Below, in pieces: positions 1 to 13,679 of a stretch of 64,000 nucleotides of DNA. Under the pieces are notes generated by a model. The model was given only the letters and a program-made list of their open reading frames with translations, was not told where the DNA came from and ran no database searches. Origin of the DNA: the human T2T-CHM13v2.0 reference genome, Homo sapiens. The position numbers and the translations under genes were made by a program. Location of the stretch: assembly GCF_009914755.1 (NCBI RefSeq), contig NC_060930.1; one strand, 5' to 3'. The first letter of the stretch is position 1; each line of letters starts with the position of its first letter.

Positions 1-432
1 CCTCTCCAGATCAAACTCATCTATCCAGACGCCTACTGAATACACCCACTTGGATATCTAATAGGCAAGTCTGACTCAACATGTCTAAAATTGAGCTCCT
101 GATTGCCCCTCTCCCAAGCCTACTTCTCTCAGTCTTCCCCACATCCCTTAATAGAAACACTATCTCTACAATTGTTCAGGCCAAAAACCTTGGAATTATC
201 CTTGACTCCTTTCTTACTTTCATATCCTTCATCCAATCCATCAGCAAATCCTGTCAGCCCTCCATTTAAAACGTATCCAGAATCCTGTATCTCCTCATTT
301 CCACCACACCACCACACTGGTCCAAGCCACTATCACTTCTTTTCTGGAGTTTTGCAGTAGCCTATGAACTGGTCATCTTCCTTTCACTCTTTCCCCCTAT
401 GGTAGCAGCCAGCCTGGTCTTATAAAACATGA
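1..432 (+). mobile_element. L2 LINE fragment (3' part of ORF2), continues at 868
   Basis: ORF 81-269 reads MSKIELLI...AKNLGIILDSFL...IQSISKSC, matching the recalled L2 RT C-terminus (LNMSKTELL..AKNLGVILDSSL). Confidence 0.9.
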
Positions 433-867
433 TGCTGTGGGGCCTCACCCAGATTCCTCCTTTCAGGACTGAGGCACTCGCTACCCCAGCAGCCAAAAAC
501 ATTGGCTGCCAATGGCTTACATTTGAATCCCCTTCTGGGAATTGTCCTCATTCAAAGGGAGCTGCCTTCTGAAGTTTATGCCCTTTTCTAAAGTGTAAAC
601 AATGACTGGTCAATGTGATGATACAAAAGCTCCATCCCTTTGCCTTGATTTGGGACAACTCTGGAGGACCCTGCCACTTCCAGGATTCCCTGTGGATCAG
701 TGGAAGCCTCTGTTGCAGCAGCATTCCATTTCAGCTTCTCCCTGCTCTCTCCATCCTGTGCTCTCACCCCCTCAGAGGTGTTGCTCCTGAGAACATTCCC
801 AAAATAAATCCACTGCCTGCAACAATACATCTCAGAGTCTGTTTCTAGGAGAACTCAACTGAAGACA
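433..867 (+). mobile_element. ERVL solo LTR, LTR16-like, inserted in L2
   Basis: TG...CA ends; terminal aataaa...catctcagagtctgtttctaggagaactcaactgaagaca typical of LTR16; L2 resumes after it. Confidence 0.8.
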
Positions 868-1355
868 CTGAAATAAAATCATGTTATTCCTCTGGTCAAA
901 ACTCTCCAATGACTCTCCATTTCAAATAAAAGCTCATGTCCTCACAGTGTCCTAAAGGTCCTAAAGTGAAGCCACCCCTTTTGTCTCATCTCTTGCACTC
1001 TTGCCCCAACCTCAATGGACACTTCTTCCCTTAGCTGCTCCCTCTTTCTTGAATGCTCTTCCCCGACATATCCACACAATTTACTCACCTCTCAGTCTTG
1101 GCTCAAATGCTGTTTTCCCAAAGAAGCCTTTCCTGACCCTCCTATGGCATTAGAACTGCCATACCCCATAATCTACGTTGTTTTTCTGCATACCACTTAC
1201 TGTCTAATACACAATATAGTACACTTATTTACTATGTTTATTATCTTTCTCATCTCACTATGAGAATTTTCTTTTTGTCTCTTTTATCCTCCCTACTTAG
1301 AGGAGTGCCTGGAACATGGTCTTCAAAATACTTGATAAATGAATGAATGAATGAG
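868..1355 (+). mobile_element. L2 3' end
   Basis: agtgcctggaacatgg...ttgataaatgaatgaatgaatgag (L2 TGAA-repeat tail). Confidence 0.85.
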
Positions 1356-1565
1356 TGCTGACTGTGTGTCAGGAACCTCCCTGGGAACATTTGTGTATAA
1401 TATCTCATATAACAGTCACAACAACTCCAGGAGAGGAATATTATAATATCCATTTTCCGACTGAGAAAACAGAGACTCAGATAATCACATGAGATTATCA
1501 CATAGGTAAGGAGGGATAGAGCCCGGGTGTGAACCCCTGTTGGTCCAACTCAAAGCCATATTCTC
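1356..1565 (-). mobile_element. MIR SINE
   Basis: Reverse-complement MIR core: atatccattttccgactgagaaaacagagactcaga. Confidence 0.75.
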
Positions 1566-3669
1566 ACAGAGACTCCCCTATTTCAGCTAAACTACTCTCT
1601 TTCCAAACAAATCTAATCTAAACTAGGAAAACAAGTCTAAACAAGGGGTGAAGATTGAGTGGCACAGAAATCATGATCTTCATCATTTTATGAAATGTAC
1701 ATGTGTTCACTATTACTGTAGATGCTCTACAAGACGAGTTTACAAGTTCTAGCTTTGTAGTAACTAAGGATCTATCTGCCCAAAAGGAACATATTAACAT
1801 GTAGGTAACTACTTGCACACACAGAGACCTTACCAAAAGCTAATTGCATTGTCAGTAGTATTTGGACCAGTAGGGGGGCGGGCAAGGGGTGTACGTGTTG
1901 ATAGAAAACAAAAGTCTGGGTTTTATATCTGAGTTAATGGAAGAAAATAATTCACTGTCTTCCACTTAGCAAAAGAAAGCTTTGTAACGGAAGTGGGATT
2001 ATAAGAGCTTTCTGAACTCCACAGAGGAGGAAATTTGGCAAGTTGACACTATGGTCTTATTCAGTGCTCAACACCCACTAACTTCAGAGAGAGCTTCTAG
2101 CCTGGATCAGCCAGGCAGGATGCAATGCAAATGGGAAATGAACCTGACCCCACCACAAAAGCCTTTAGCTTCACACACATGTGAGGCTGATGGAATTCAC
2201 TGCCATAAAAGGAAGGTGAGAACACTCTAAATTGGCTTTTACCTTCTAAGGATGTTCACACACAAAGCATGCATTGTAGCCACTAATGAAAGACATGTGT
2301 TAGAGTAGTTACACATTGCAACTCATAGAAAACTAATGACATGAAACAGCCACGGTGCCTCTATGCTGACCCCTGTAACACCTCAAGACCAACTTGTAAC
2401 AAGCAGAGCTAAGCCAATTTATCACTGAATTATGCGTCATTTAATAAAGACGGGTGTGACTCAACCTGCCATGCGGGAATGCTAAAAGCTTAAGGAAATG
2501 GCCACCAAAACTCCCCCTTTTCCTTTTCCAAAGCTCATCTTTAACCCTTCAGTAAATGATGGACTGATTGAAGCAAAAGTCTAAACTTTATAAACTATCA
2601 CTAAAAAAATCTTAGGGTAGTCTGACCAGGGTTCTTGGGGTTATTTACTTGAAAATTACTACTCTTGCAGGATTAACTCCTGTTTCTATAGCTCAATGGA
2701 GTGTGAATGAAGTGAAAATGGAGGGGTTCTCTTTTTTGAACCACCATCAGCATCCTGAAATTGTAGTTCAAAGTATGCTTTCAGAAGCCAAAAGCCAAGT
2801 GATGATTTTACCAGTGTCATTTACAGTCGTCATCAAAACATATTTTAATTTAAATAAAAATTAATCCTAGGGGCTTTTAGGTTCTACCAATAGTTTTACA
2901 TTTCCGAGGGGAAAAAAATCCTTATAATTTCATCATTGTCATAGAAACAGAAAAATCAACACATTACAGAAAAACGTTTCATGAGGGCTGAGAATAAGGA
3001 CATCCATATCGAGTTACACACTTAGAGATAATTGATTTAGCAAAAATTCAGCTGGAATCATATAAATTATAGCAATTTCCACCATTGGTCCTATAGAAAA
3101 GCTTTTTAGTAATAACCAGAGGACATAGTTAGATATTCTCTAGAAAGTAAAGAAACTTCTCAAAATCTTTCCTTATTTTATTTCCCTTCTCGGGATTATA
3201 TTCTTTTTATGATAACAAATTTGTACCACTGTAGAAGCATTTTAGTCCCTTGAAATTTTATAAAACTTTTTTTCTTGATGGTGCACCAAGAATCATGTTT
3301 CTCTTTAAATGAACAAAAAAAGTAGATGAAGTCAAAATGCATTTTATTATTAAGTTCAGCAACCATAGATTATGTTGAAGACTGAAGCACTTGCAATGCT
3401 CCTTCATCTGGGAAGACATTCTATTAAAAATTTGCCCATTATGCTTTTGTATTTCATTCCTTCTTTTCCTTCCACCAAGGTAATGAAAGCATCAAGAGTC
3501 CCTGAAATATTGTATAAAGAAAAATCGAAAAGAACATTTACAGCCCAGAAAACTGCTACTAATCATTAGGGGCTTGTCGCCATCTTTTTATTAACCTTTA
3601 TTTTTCTTGAACTATTTTATTATTTAAGAAGATTCAGACCATGAAAAACATCTGACAAAAGAGACAGAC

Positions 3670-3875
3670 ACTGTTCTAAGCACTTCAAGTGTATTAACTC
3701 AATTTGTACTCACAACAGTTTTGTGATAAAGGTCCTGTTATTATCCCCATTTGAGAGCTGAAGAAACCAAGGCACAGAGCTATGTAGTAATTTACCCAAG
3801 GCCAATAGCTCTAAGTGGTGGAGGCCAGATTCAAATCAGGGCCGTCATACTCCAGAACCCATGCACTTACCCATG
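3670..3875 (-). mobile_element. MIR SINE
   Basis: ttattatccccatttgagagctgaagaaaccaaggcacagag...cccaaggcc...ccagattcaaatc. Confidence 0.85.
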
Positions 3876-4814
3876 CCGAACTGTTTCAAGAAAGGCAGTG
3901 AGGAAAACCTGAAGCTTTCATTTTAATAATAAACCAAAAAGAAATTCTTCAGTCTCTGTGCACTTGATTAAGCTCCCAAAAGGTGAGATTACACATTTCA
4001 GTGTATTTCTCTCAAGTGATATAATGTCGGTCCTAAATTCATTTCAGAATTTTGTACAAAATGTGAAGTATTCTTTTTCTAGGGTAAAGGTGGTTTATTT
4101 CCATTAAGAAGAAAAAATAATAATAATGAGAAGAGTCAGGATAAGAAATGCAATATTTCTGCTTCATTATTTTCAAGGCTGACTATCATGTTTCAAAATT
4201 ACCACATCAGAGAGTCTCAAATACAGTTGGTTTTGACTATCTTCATCCCAACCATATTTGGGAGGTAAGCAAGATACAAATTAGAAGGCAGCAAGAAAAA
4301 AACAGGGCACATTGTTTTACAAAACTGGAGTGAATGTTAAGCTAATCATTCTAAAATTCTAATATCTACCTTTTTATATTTTAAAAAAAGCAGCAAAAAA
4401 GTAAAAGAAAACAGGGAAAAAAATCTGGCAACTGTAAGGGTCCTTTCTCTTCACTCTGCTTTAGTCCATATGATTCATCCCAATTGTTTCCTTTCCATTT
4501 CTGGATGTTTGACCGCAAGGCAGCTTTAGTTTTCATTTGTCATTATTTGAAATAATTTTACACATCTTTTAAGCATTTTGATTGCTTAAATAGAAAATTT
4601 GAAATCAATATCTCCAGAGACACTTGAGAAATCCAAAGGGGAAAAAAAGTCTAAAACTGATTTCTAAAAATGAGTTTTTATAGAAAATTCCAGAGTACAA
4701 TAACTAAGTAGAGTCTACCAAACAAGTAGAGAGTTGATTATCAACTGTAGCAAATATTACTTCCTTTGCATATTTTGCCCTCTATTACTGCAATGAATAA
4801 AAACAATTATGTGC

Positions 4815-4822
<8 letters not shown>

Positions 4823-4854
<32 letters not shown>
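4823..4854. repeat. (AC)16 microsatellite
   Basis: Read directly. Confidence 0.98.
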
Positions 4855-4858
<4 letters not shown>

Positions 4859-6349
4859 CCCTTTAGAAAGAATTTGCCTTTGGAAAAAATGGGCAAGAAG
4901 CCTATTGAAGGCCTTGGGTCATGGGGCAAGTCCTCTATACTCAAGTTTGTTTTCTGCAGATAACCCAGAAGTGATATCAGAGAGAACACTCTCTCTCCAA
5001 GGTGCTGGGGGCCTGCAGCAGTCTGTTCTTTATTTTCCTTCCTCAGATAAAATATGGTACACCACACTTTGCCGGAGATGGATTAGTGTTGACTGGTTTA
5101 TATTGTCTGGCAGAGTTAGAGGGAAATTTGAAAGTTAATGCACAATTTAATTCTCCAGAGGACTTCTGAATCGTCTGGAGAATTCTGGTAGTATAAACAT
5201 GACAGCCTTTGAATACAACTGTGATAAAAGTAATTTCAAATAACATTAGGGGTGGCTTAGAGCTATTTCTTATTACCCAGATCACTTTAAAACAAATCTT
5301 GACAATGATCAGCAATGATACATTATGAGTGGCATGTCAACAGAGGCCCAAATGTGAGACATCAACCGTGAGCTAATGTTCCTCTGATAGCTGTGATTTA
5401 AAGATACTCCATTATGGCCTCCAACTGCCCATAAAGACCCATTTTCCAAAATATTATTATTATTTAATTATATTTGTGGTAGTAGGCTCCAGGTTTTTAT
5501 ATATGCTCTGAAGCTATCACTAAAATATTTCAGATAAGGTAAAAGCATGTACCTGTGTAAACGCTAATAATAATAATACCTTGGCAGAGTACAGCAGCAA
5601 GTTAAAAAAAAATAGATAAAGCCGAACTGTGTGGGGGGGCTCTGGTAATTGGAAGAGTCAATGGCTATATGATTCAAGAAAATAGTCTCCCTCGAGAAGG
5701 AGACTGATTGTCCTGCATTTATACAGCAGCTAACCAACACTAAGCAGACTTTCCTTTGCATATTATTGGTGCCAGGCCGATGAGGCAGAAAATTGCATCG
5801 TGTCATTTAATTTCCCAATCTTTGTTTTCATTGTATTAATCTTTTGGCTTTGTTTCACTTTATAATTTGAAGGCTCAGCAAGAAGCAAACCAAATGGAAA
5901 TTCAGCTTACTTTCATGTCTAGCTGAATGTGTTTGGTGCAGTTTCCAAAAGTTTAATTCTACGTAATACTGTCCATGAATAATAATAGGCTGCTTCTGCA
6001 TGCAGACTTATTAGTGTTTATTAAGGGTTGCCTTAAAGTTTCTGGGAAATGTGCCCAAAAGTCAGTCACCAAAACGTGATTAACAAATTGGTTACAGAAG
6101 GAGAACAGATAATTTTTTAAAACAGAAGTATATCATCCTGTTGAGAAATAAGAACTAAAACCCTCAAAAACTGATTTAACCTAAGTGAGCTTCTTTCTCC
6201 CTACCCTCCTTTCCGTTTTCCTTTCTTTTTGTGAAAAAGAAATAAACTTGAAAAAATGCAGAGAACTGAGATTTCAGTGAACTACACAAGAAGCTAGTAT
6301 TTTGAAATACAAATTAAAAAGGCATCCACAATTTCGGGGGATGAAGGGT

Positions 6350-6585
6350 GACAGTGCAATGCAGAGCTTCAAACTGTTTGGATTTTGCAATCAAATTGAT
6401 CTGGCTTCATATCCTGCCATCTCTGCTTGCCTGCTGTGTGTCTTTTAGTAAGGCATTTCACCTCTCCAAGCTCACTGCCCAGTCTGTAAAATAGAGTAGG
6501 AATGTCTGACAGGGACGTTAGGAAAGCAAATGTGAAATGCATGTAAACACCCAGCACTGCACCTGGCACTTAGGATGCCCTTGAC
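6350..6585 (+). mobile_element. MIR SINE
   Basis: ggcatttcacctctccaagctcactg...ctgtaaaatag...gtaaacacccagcactgcacctggcacttag. Confidence 0.75.
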
Positions 6586-7221
6586 GAGGGGCATGAGACA
6601 TTGCTATGGGGCTACTTGCTGTTGCTATCACCTCAATGTCTACTCAACAATAAGTAAAGGAAGGAGTATAAAATATCAGTCAGGTCTCTTTCCTCTACCA
6701 CAATAACCCTGTTGTCACCAAGATTGCATTTTGGAATGCTGAGATTTGGAGATGGGGTTTTCTTTTTCCTTCTGACTTCTATTATTTGTAATAACTACAA
6801 ACTTAAAATATATAACTGGCCTTAAAACTGGAATATACCTACTACGTTTTTCACTGCTACAAATGAACCTACCCACTTCCCCAAAGATATTGAATTATTG
6901 ATTCTTCTGTGTTTGTGGGTTCATCTAAAACATGGTTTATAATGAAGCATAAATAACAAAGAGATAGCAGAAAACCAAGGAGGAATATGTTAAATCCATC
7001 TGAAATAGACAATGGGATTATTTAGAGTCTCAGATCTTACAACTGCTAAGCCCTTCTTCAAGGCAATATTTTAATAAGAACAGTGAATCTTACAAACTTG
7101 GGTTAGAAAAACATGTACAGAGAAACTCACTGTACTTCCTCAACTAAAAATAAGTTTCAGCTGGAACTCTCTTTCTCGTTAAAATTGTCTCATTCTTCCC
7201 TGATCACCAATTATTTTTATA

Positions 7222-7340
7222 GACATTGATTCATGTGATACACTAGCCTTGTGGAACAAGAAGGGCAGGTATTATTGACTCCAGTTAAAAGATGAGAAAA
7301 ACTGATAATTAGGGAGGTTTTGCCACATGTCCAAACCAAT
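7222..7340 (-). mobile_element. MIR fragment
   Basis: gggcaggtattattgactccagttaaaagatgagaaaactga. Confidence 0.55.
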
Positions 7341-9114
7341 ATCAATGCTGAACACTTAGCAACTTAAAACTTCTGCCATCTCTATTCAGAGGAAAATACA
7401 ATGATTCAAGAAACAGCCTTAGTACCCATAGAAATGGACCAGTAAAGGCTACTTTTTAAAGAAGAACATTAACTTTTACTTGTTTGTGTTTATAGAATAT
7501 ATCATTCTTAGAGGAGATATAGGTGAAACGTTTCTATGTTTACTTTTGTTAACTTTAAAAAAATCATTGTAGCACCAAATTATTTCTTTTCAGTTCAAAA
7601 GATAGGAAACTCTTTTTTCTGATTTTCCTCAGATTCCTATCATGCTGTTTGTGCCAACCAACCCATTACAAATTGCAGAAATGACATTTGCCCTTCATCT
7701 GAGCTCCCCAGGCATCCACAAATAGCAACTGAAAGTCCCTAGGCCTCCTGTGACTTAGACTTCACTTTCCCAAGAGTTCCTGGAAACAATGTCAAATTAC
7801 AAGAATTTGCACTCCTAGTCAGCTCAAAATACCTGCTAAGTTTGTTACTATACATCCTTTTCAAAGTGAGTCATCACTGTTATAAAATGAATTGGTCTTA
7901 TATAAATGTCAATTTGGGGTTATATTCCTCAAGAAACTCAACCTGTTTCTAATAACTTGTTTGAAATCAGAGGATGGATGAGCTTCTGTCATACCATATG
8001 ACATGGTATAAATTTATCGAGCCTATTTTTTACCCAACAGTAGAGGTGCTTTAGGAAGTTAATCACCAGCACTTTGTGCTAACTGACAAGCAACCTCTTA
8101 GCTCCCAGTTACCATGAATGTTATTCCAAATAGTTAATCACAGAGCTAAATGCAGATAAGGTGGAAGTATGCATACATCATCAAGACAAGCAGATTATAT
8201 ATTTAAAAAACTAGATCATTATGAACTCTGAAGCTAATGTTTAAGGTTATTCTTTAATGCTATTGCCAATTGCCTTTTCATTTTTTTCTGTTTTTTAAGT
8301 GTTAAGGTATCTTTTTATTGGCTCAATTCATGTCCTATTAGTCTTGGAATTTAACAAGGCCTCACGGCAAAGAAGGTCTGGAAGAGAACTTATTAACTTT
8401 CCCTCAGAGTAATGAGTCCCATATGGAATAAAGAAAGAATACCAACTTCCAAAAGACAAAAGTCATTAAAGTCAACAGAGGGTTAATGTGATTTTTAATA
8501 AGAGGCCCATTACAATTCTCAGGACCCATAATGTTGGTACCACACTGGGCATCTATTGAAATAAATCAGAGTGGTTTCTTCATTATCCTCCACTAAAGAT
8601 AAGGTAGCATCTTTCTCCCTAAAGTCTCATATTTTTCTCAGGGAATTATATATTACCCGTCATCCTTTTTCTTGTAAATAAACAAGACAATTATCACACT
8701 TGTCTTTCATAAAATATTTTCACTAAAGCAAAAACTTCATTCAATTGTTCATTAGAAAATGAATTTGAATTTGGAATTAACTGACTCTAGTGTTAAAAGT
8801 AGTAACATAAAATTGACATCTTACATACGTTTATATCAGGTATGTATGCATTTAATACACAAAGAAATATTTCTTCTACCATAGGTATTGCTAAACATCC
8901 GTACTTCATCTAGAGCCTCCTCTGAAAAACACCAAGTTTGGGGGTAAAAAAAAAATGGGGGCAAAAGTGACAACACAATTCAAGCAATTCAGGAAACTAA
9001 GAATGATTTCCACCATTGAAATTGCATGAGAAAACAAAGATTGTCATTTGGAAAGGCCTAAGGAAGAGAAAAGTAGAAGGAAAGAAAAGCTTTATCAAGG
9101 ATGACAGGCTGAAT

Positions 9115-9250
9115 GCTAGTTTTGGAGTTGGGAGACAAGGGCTTGGACCCCAGCTACATCTCTAACATAGAAAAGTGACTTTGGCCAAGTCATTTCACTT
9201 CTATGAACTTCCACTTCCTTGCCTGTAAAGTGAGATGCTGGACATGGTCC
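9115..9250 (+). mobile_element. MIR/MIR3 fragment
   Basis: gtgactttggccaagtcatttcacttctatgaacttccacttccttgcctgtaaagtgag. Confidence 0.7.
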
Positions 9251-10344
9251 AGGACAGAAAAGAAATTTCGCCTGACATCCCACTGATAGTAAATTAATAG
9301 TGGGAGCCTGGAGAACTGTGTTTCAATATCGAATTGAATCCAGATGCAGCCAGAAAGAGTGCTGTGTTCAATTAGTAATGTCTGCCATGGAAGGGGAATG
9401 TGGGAACATTGCCACACAAATTTATCACCACATTAAATGATTCTTAAAGTTATCTTTCACTGTAACATTCTTTGATTCTATTAACTATAACATACACAGA
9501 TTTTTTTTCTTCTCCATGATTTTGACCTACCACAAATAGTTAAATGTCTCTCTCAAATCATAGCAGAATGTCTAAGCCACTAACTTTGGAAATACTGAAC
9601 AGGATGATGCCCAACTTGGAAAAAAAAAAGAGACTCAGAATAAAGAAAATGTATAGTGAAAGCTGGCCAGAGTAAGCTTGAAGATTCCCTATGATTCTAA
9701 TAAAGGACTAGATGGAAAATAGCACTGTTACTCCTACTTGCCCTCCCTCAGAGGCTAACAGGCACACACCTAATTAACTCTGTATAATAAGAAAATTGCT
9801 CAAGTTGGTGATGCTGTCTCTGAGAATGATCCATTTCTCCACAGTCCAATGACATAGCAATAATCATTGTTTATAATGAATTATGAAGACTGAATAATAC
9901 AGATTAAAGTATCACCAACTTCAAGGTTTACCAATAAGCTAATTTGCAAGACAATATTTCATATCATGTGCTGTAATATTATTTATCAATGTTTAATAAG
10001 CACTTTATAACTTTTGGCAAGCAAATGAGAAATGGATTACCATAGAGAGGTGATGAAATATTTATAATTCACAATAGCTACTATTACACGGTAGCTGTTC
10101 AAGAACTCTTAATAGTAAATTGAATGGAAATATAATACTGTAATGGATGTGGAAGTGTTCAATCGGCCATTTGTAATGAAATATGAAAGTGTTTAAAGAG
10201 AGTAAATATATTTGTAATGGTTTTTGATTAGCTATAACTGTATGTGATTCAACCATCCATTATGAACGGTGTACAGACATTATGTTGACTTATAATATTT
10301 ATAATAAAACTGACAGCCTTGAAGATTTTTAAGAATCCTTGCAT

Positions 10345-10480
10345 GATGATGGATATGTTAATTAGTTTGATTGTGGTAATCATTTTACAATGTATATGCA
10401 TACCCAAACATCTCGTTGTATATCTTAAATATATATCATTTTTATCGGTCAGTTATACCTCAATAAAGCTGGGCAAAGAA
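10345..10480 (+). mobile_element. Old L1 (L1M) 3' end
   Basis: gatggatatgttaattagtttgattgtggtaatcattttacaatg...ttatacctcaataaagctgg. Confidence 0.85.
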
Positions 10481-10934
10481 GAATCCTTGCTTGTAATATT
10501 AACTTCCAATAATTAAATCTGTATCATTGCTTTGGGAAAAAAAAAAACTCTTCCTCGTTATCAAACTTTCCTAAAAATTTAAACTTGTGTTTCTTTAATA
10601 ATTGGTCCTTATTTATGATTAGCGGTACTATTCTTCATTTTTGATAAATCATAAATTTGACCTCTGTTTTTGCTCATATAAGACTTTATGTTTACAGGAA
10701 GTAGGCCAAAAACAACAAATAAATACCTATATAGATACAGATACAACATATATCTCCACTATGCTATGTAACACACATTATATTCTACCAGGAAAAAAAA
10801 ATTCTCAAAAATTAAGACAATTGTATAGAATCATCAAAAGTTGCAGTCTCCATGTATTGTTTAATACAATTACCATATCTGTAACTCAAACAACCCCTAC
10901 TCACTAATTAATTCTTTCCTTCACAAACACTTCA

Positions 10935-11375
10935 CACCCCTGCTTAACACCCTGCAATGGCTTTCTGGTTGCCATAGGATACAGACAACAGTGCCTACTC
11001 AGTCCACAGAGCCTGACAAAGCTCCTGCCAGCCCTGCATCCTCACTCCTCACCCCTCCATTCCGGCTCTATGAACTCCAGCTGCACCTGCCTGCTTTCTG
11101 TGCCTCAAAGAAAGTCTATCATGCTCTGTTTCAGGTGCTTTCCATATATTCCCTCTTCCTGAAACACATCTCTGGCCCAGCCATCTCCACTTTTTCTGCA
11201 GCAATTAATAATGTGTGCAATTGTCACATGTCTAACTCTTCCACTAGAATGTCAGCTCCATGAAGGAAGGAACTGTGTACCTTCTATGTACTAACTGTCT
11301 CCAGCCACAGGACAGTGCCTTGCACATAACAGTGCTCAGTTAATATTAATTGATTAAACAATAAATTAATGAATA
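10935..11375 (+). mobile_element. L2 3' end
   Basis: ccactagaatgtcagctccatgaaggaagg...acagtgccttgcacataacagtgctcagttaatatt. Confidence 0.85.
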
Positions 11376-11842
11376 TATAAACAAAAGGCCCATTCACAGA
11401 CAGTGTCAGGTACCAAGAGAAGATGAACAGAGCAGATCTCCTGACCTGTCATTATCTGAAGGTACCCTAATATTACTTCATTAAATATGAACTTGGTTTG
11501 ATGGAAATGAATTGTAATAGTATAATCAGAATAGTATTCACAAGCTCAGGTATTTGGTTTTTAGGTTTGTGGCATGTTCTTACTAGTGGATTGCAACTCA
11601 GAACCAGTGACTTTTTCACCTAGCTTACCCATTTACTAACTACCTTGTTCTCCGTTTTGCTTTGATACCTATGCATAGGTCAGGATCTGGCCTGTTTTCT
11701 CTATCCTTGACTCTGTTAATACTAAAATTTCACTCTCTAAAGGTAAGTGATACTAGTACAAGAGAAATATTCTTGATTATACTTTGCTTCTGCTTTAAAC
11801 TGGGCAAACAAAAAAAAAAACAGCACACCTAAACTTAAGAGA

Positions 11843-12170
11843 GTAACCATCAGGTTTCTCCAGAGAAATAGAACCCGAGAGAGAGAGGTCGGGGAGCTGG
11901 CCAGTCCAAAATCTGTAGGCAGGTTGGCAAACTAGAAATTCAGGCAGGATTTCTATATTACAATCTTGAGGCAGAATTCTTCTCCAAGAAACCTCAACTT
12001 TTGCTCTGAGACCTTCAGTTGATTGGATGAAACCCACCCACATTAACCAGAGCAATCTCCTTTACTTAAAGTCAAATGATTGTAAATATGAATCACACCT
12101 ACAAAATACCTTCTCAGCAACGCCTACACTAATGTTTAACCAAACAACTAGGCATCACAGCCTAGCCAGT
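11843..12170 (-). mobile_element. MLT2 (ERVL) solo LTR
   Basis: tctccagagaaatagaacc...cttgaggcagaattcttc...gattggatgaaacccacccacatt...ctttacttaaagtcaa; reverse complement of the recalled MLT2C/D consensus. Confidence 0.85.
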
Positions 12171-12171
12171 C

Positions 12172-12613
12172 TGGTAGATGGTATTATTGAGTGCAAACAT
12201 TCATTCTTTCCTACACCCAGTAAGAGAAATAAACTTTCCTGTTCTGTGATTTGACAACATGGCTTGCTTTGACAAGTGGGACATGTGCTAATTCTGAGAC
12301 AGTTTTGTCAGTGTCCCCTTGTGGTTTGATTTGGCTCAGTCTGGCTGTTCTCCACTGTTATGAGAATGGGTTCTTGTTCCAAACAGGGGCTTCTCCTTTA
12401 TCTTAGGTCCTAAAATTAATACAGTGTGTGGAGCACATCAATCAAAATCTCACCACCAAGCTGGATCAGAGCTGAAGCACAGAGCTAAGACACTGACATA
12501 CAGCCACTGACATGTAACATGAGGAAAAATAAACCCTTATTTATTTCCAAAACCATTGAATTTTGAGGACTGTTTGATACACAGAAAGATTTCCAGCAAA
12601 AGCTAATGAATTC
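12172..12613 (+). mobile_element. Old MLT1 (MaLR) solo LTR
   Basis: aaaaataaaccc...ccattgaattttgaggactgtttgatacacag...agcaaaagctaatg. Confidence 0.65.
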
Positions 12614-13354
12614 AAGACACTTTTGTGAAGCCTACCACATTTTGATTAGTATATGGCATTGCATCCAATCTATTTATGCTGCCAATGATAAATTCACATG
12701 AGCTAAAGTGAGACTGATTCTTATCTGGATAGATACATAGCATGATCTCTGTCACAGACATCTTGTGTTTCGCAAAATATTACGTAAGTCGAACTACTTA
12801 ACACTTATTTAGGACTTTTTGTGTTTGACAATCTTCTGAGCCAAGCAGATACAAAAGTAAAATGTGACATAATTTTTCCTTTTGGAAGCCGATAGACTCG
12901 TGAGGAAAGTATACATGTCAATGTGTAGAATAATAGGAGATTGCAGCTAAATTCTACCTTGTAAATTCTGGCTATGCCTTTCTGCTATACAAAACCTTCC
13001 TTGCATGCTTCAAGACTTGACTTGTTACTGCTTCCTTCTATTGATTCCTGAGAAAGATCCATTCTCTTAAAACTAACATCTGTTTATCCATCTAGTCACT
13101 TAAACAGAAAAATGGCTTTGTCAAGAGAACTCAACTGAATAAGTAAAATACAATCATGACTCAGAATCCCACCTTTCTTACTAGTCTTTAAGTCCCTCAT
13201 GAAATCTAAGCCTAAATAGCGCTTCCCAACATTCTAAATTGTCCACACCTGTCCCAGCCAAGCTCTACAGCCTTATCTCCCACCAATCCTGCACACAAGC
13301 CTCCCACCCCAGGCAAGCTCCTCACTGCTGACCACTATGCTGATTGGGCTGATT

Positions 13355-13650
13355 ATTGAAAACTTTGTCTCTAAGCCTCACCTTCACTCTTCTCAACTTG
13401 GCTTTGTAGCACTAGAATTGGGCTCTGCAAATCATATGTCTGCCTTGCCAGGTGGGCTCTACCAATAAAGGGAATTAGGGGAAGGACTGGGAGAGAAAAA
13501 GAATCTTGCTTGTTCTTTCCAATTTTCTCCCTATTTCCGCCAGCATTCAGAAGAGTACTTCAACCTGGAAGGGGCAATTCGTTGGTTCTAATTGCAGTAG
13601 CAGTTTTAGTTTGCTTTTTTTTCCCCAGACTCCCCGAGCTAGCCTTATCG
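13355..13650 (-). mobile_element. LTR33-like ERVL LTR fragment
   Basis: gggctctgcaaatcatatgtctgccttgccaggtgggctctaccaataaagggaattag resembles LTR33. Confidence 0.55.
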
Positions 13651-13679
13651 TGCCTAGCTCTGGGAGTGAACTGCAACCT

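Noticed and set aside
1864-1890. CTCF-like or G4-like ccagtaggggggcgggcaagggg
   Set aside because: The extra G breaks the invariant GGC of the CTCF core, and there are only three clearly separated G-tracts; at most a GC box
7987-8010. Short overlapping hairpins (similar ones at ~19910 and ~30652)
   Set aside because: Stems of 7-8 bp are expected by chance in 64 kb
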